From positions 94,766,156 through 94,830,155 of the forward strand of contig NC_068983.1 in NCBI RefSeq assembly GCF_001194135.2: a stretch of 64,000 bases of DNA, given 5' to 3'. Position numbers and translations under genes: made by a program. Positions 62,131 through 64,000 of this stretch are shown piece after piece. The notes under the pieces were generated by a model that saw only the letters and a list, made by a program, of their open reading frames with translations, had not been told where the DNA came from and ran no database searches. The DNA is from Octopus bimaculoides (taxonomy: Eukaryota). The first letter of the stretch is position 1; the number at the start of each line of letters is the position of its first letter.

Positions 62131-62533
62131 TGATGGTGGTGGTGGCAGTGGCAGCTGCTGCTACTGCTTGTTGCTTGCTGTGGTGGTGGTGGTGCAGTGT
62201 TGAGATATTCTAACATTTGTGGTTGCATGATTTCAGATAATATTCTGTCATCAGTGGTTGTGTTGTGTCAGGACTGCAATTTTAGATAAAAATGTAATAA
62301 ACTTACTCCCAATTTAATCAGTGCAGCAATATTGAAGAGCTAAAATATATTACTTATTGTTATCTTTGATAGACACTTTTGCTACAGATTGTGTGGTTAA
62401 ATTCATAGAGTAAAGCCATATCTGAATTATCATTTTTATATCAAAGATCAAGTATTGTCAGTACTATAATTTGAGGATAGAAACCAGAGATGGTAAACAT
62501 TATAAACTGAAACAGTTTTATAAAAATAAACAT

Positions 62534-62582
<49 letters not shown>

Positions 62583-63645
62583 GATGGTTATTAATTGTGT
62601 AGAACATGAGAATAGATAGAAATGGTTATAGAAATTTAATAGCAGAACTGAGTATATATTTAAGGCAGTATCTTACATACCAGCTCTTTAATTGCTTTAA
62701 ATTACAATAGTGTTATTTTTGAGACTGAATATTTAAAACCTGTGTTAATATCTTTTTGGAAATGACGCTATATTGCCTTCTTTTCCCTAAGAAATTTTAA
62801 ACTTCTTAATCTGAGTACATCAATGAACCATGAAGAATGAAAAGCTAAGTAAGCCTTGTTAAAAATTAATCTTGAATGAATGAACTCCTGAGTTCAAATC
62901 ATTAAATGATCATGATGACCACTACCCTAACATGCTCATCCTCTGTCACCACTGCTGCTGTCACTACCTTCATTGTCATCATCATCATCATTTTAGCATC
63001 TGTTTTCACATACAGACTTAGGTTAGGCAGATCTCTAATACACCAGCACCTTTTTATGTCTTAATCGTTAAGTAATGCTGTTGATGCAGGAATTGATATC
63101 ATCAGGTGGTGAAATACTCACACAACATAGAAGAAATTGTGATATTTACTGCAATCATTTAGTTATTAATGTTGTTTTTATATTCCATTCTTAGTTCACA
63201 AAGAAATAAGTGCATACAAACGTTCAAGGATAACAGTGCTGTGTGAGAATGGTTATAGACTCTAGTATTGTTATTTTCTAGAATCTGCCTTTGTTTATCC
63301 ACATAGGTAGCCCCATCCATGTATTTACAAAAAGGTGTATCATTCCAATTACAAGAGGATGATAGACACATCTCTTAACTACCATAATATTTTTTAATTC
63401 AGTTCTATAATGTTTATAAATCCTTAGCTATTTAAATCTGTTCTGCACAACATTATAGCCATTTGATATTGTTATATCAATAAATAACATACATTTGTAA
63501 TGGAAAATAATATCAGGATGGTGTACCACTTGTTGCTTTCTTTGTTTGTTAAAGTTCCATAAAAATTTTACGCTATCATTTTCTAATGGTATTTTGTATG
63601 AGTACCAGAAAACTTTTTTGATAAGTTGAAACTAAGTCATCAGAT

Positions 63646-64000
63646 TATTATTATTATTATTGTTCAGTAGTTTTATTTTTATAACGTGCTTTCACTTCAC
63701 TACCGAGCGCAGCTCTGTGCGCCTTGGGTATGTGCTGTGGTTTGCTGTGGTGCTCTTATCTTTACTGTATTGAAAGTGTTTTGCATAGAATGTGTGCAGT
63801 ACCCAGTAGTGCAATTTTCTGTATGTTATATATATTTGTAAGTCCTGGTGTTTTTGTTATGTATTTGTCTGAATATTTTTTTATTATACCTAAGGCACCT
63901 ACTATGATAGGAATTGTTTCTGTTTTTAGACTCCACATTCGAGTTATCTCTATTTCCAGGTCTTTGTATTTTGAAAGTTTTTCCATTTCTTTTAGAGAAA
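63646..64000 (-). mobile_element. Second R4/Dong-like 3' end with (TAA)n tail, continuing beyond the window
   Basis: EKLSKYKDLEIEITRMW.LKTETIPIIVGALG...IQKIALLGTAHIL.K.LS*, followed on the minus strand by (AAT)n. Confidence 0.85.

Overview
AT-rich, microsatellite-dense eukaryotic DNA with large introns and 9 N-gaps. The SINE/RTE/Penelope repeat landscape suggests a cephalopod such as Octopus; this is my inference from pattern recall, not a search result. Two spliced protein-coding genes can be rebuilt by hand on the + strand, with GT-AG boundaries and consistent exon phases. (1) PRKRIP1: 5 exons at 2705-12314; the first coding exon is not in view. (2) The 5' part of PLEKHM1 (RUN domain plus linker): 9 exons at 25011-48604, plus a candidate 33-nt micro-exon at 59633-59665; the gene continues beyond the window. 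Most of the remaining sequence is transposon debris: three Penelope-like elements (PLEs), two piggyBac elements and piggyBac-type MITEs, two hAT MITEs with exact 8-bp TSDs, a maT/Tc1-mariner remnant, two Helitrons, RTE, R4/Dong and CR1/Jockey-like LINE fragments, and several tRNA-derived SINE families. The most striking observation is a set of hammerhead-ribozyme (HHR) folds from several unrelated element families. One of these is a ~400-bp non-coding element, present in two copies, that joins a tRNA-like Pol III head to a minimal PLE-type hammerhead. It inserts as a fold-back, and one copy has a 12-bp target-site duplication, so it is a candidate Penelope-mobilised 'SINE-retrozyme'. Most ORFs in the supplied track are artefacts of microsatellites or N-gaps. 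All alignments and folds were done by eye; no computation or database search was run.
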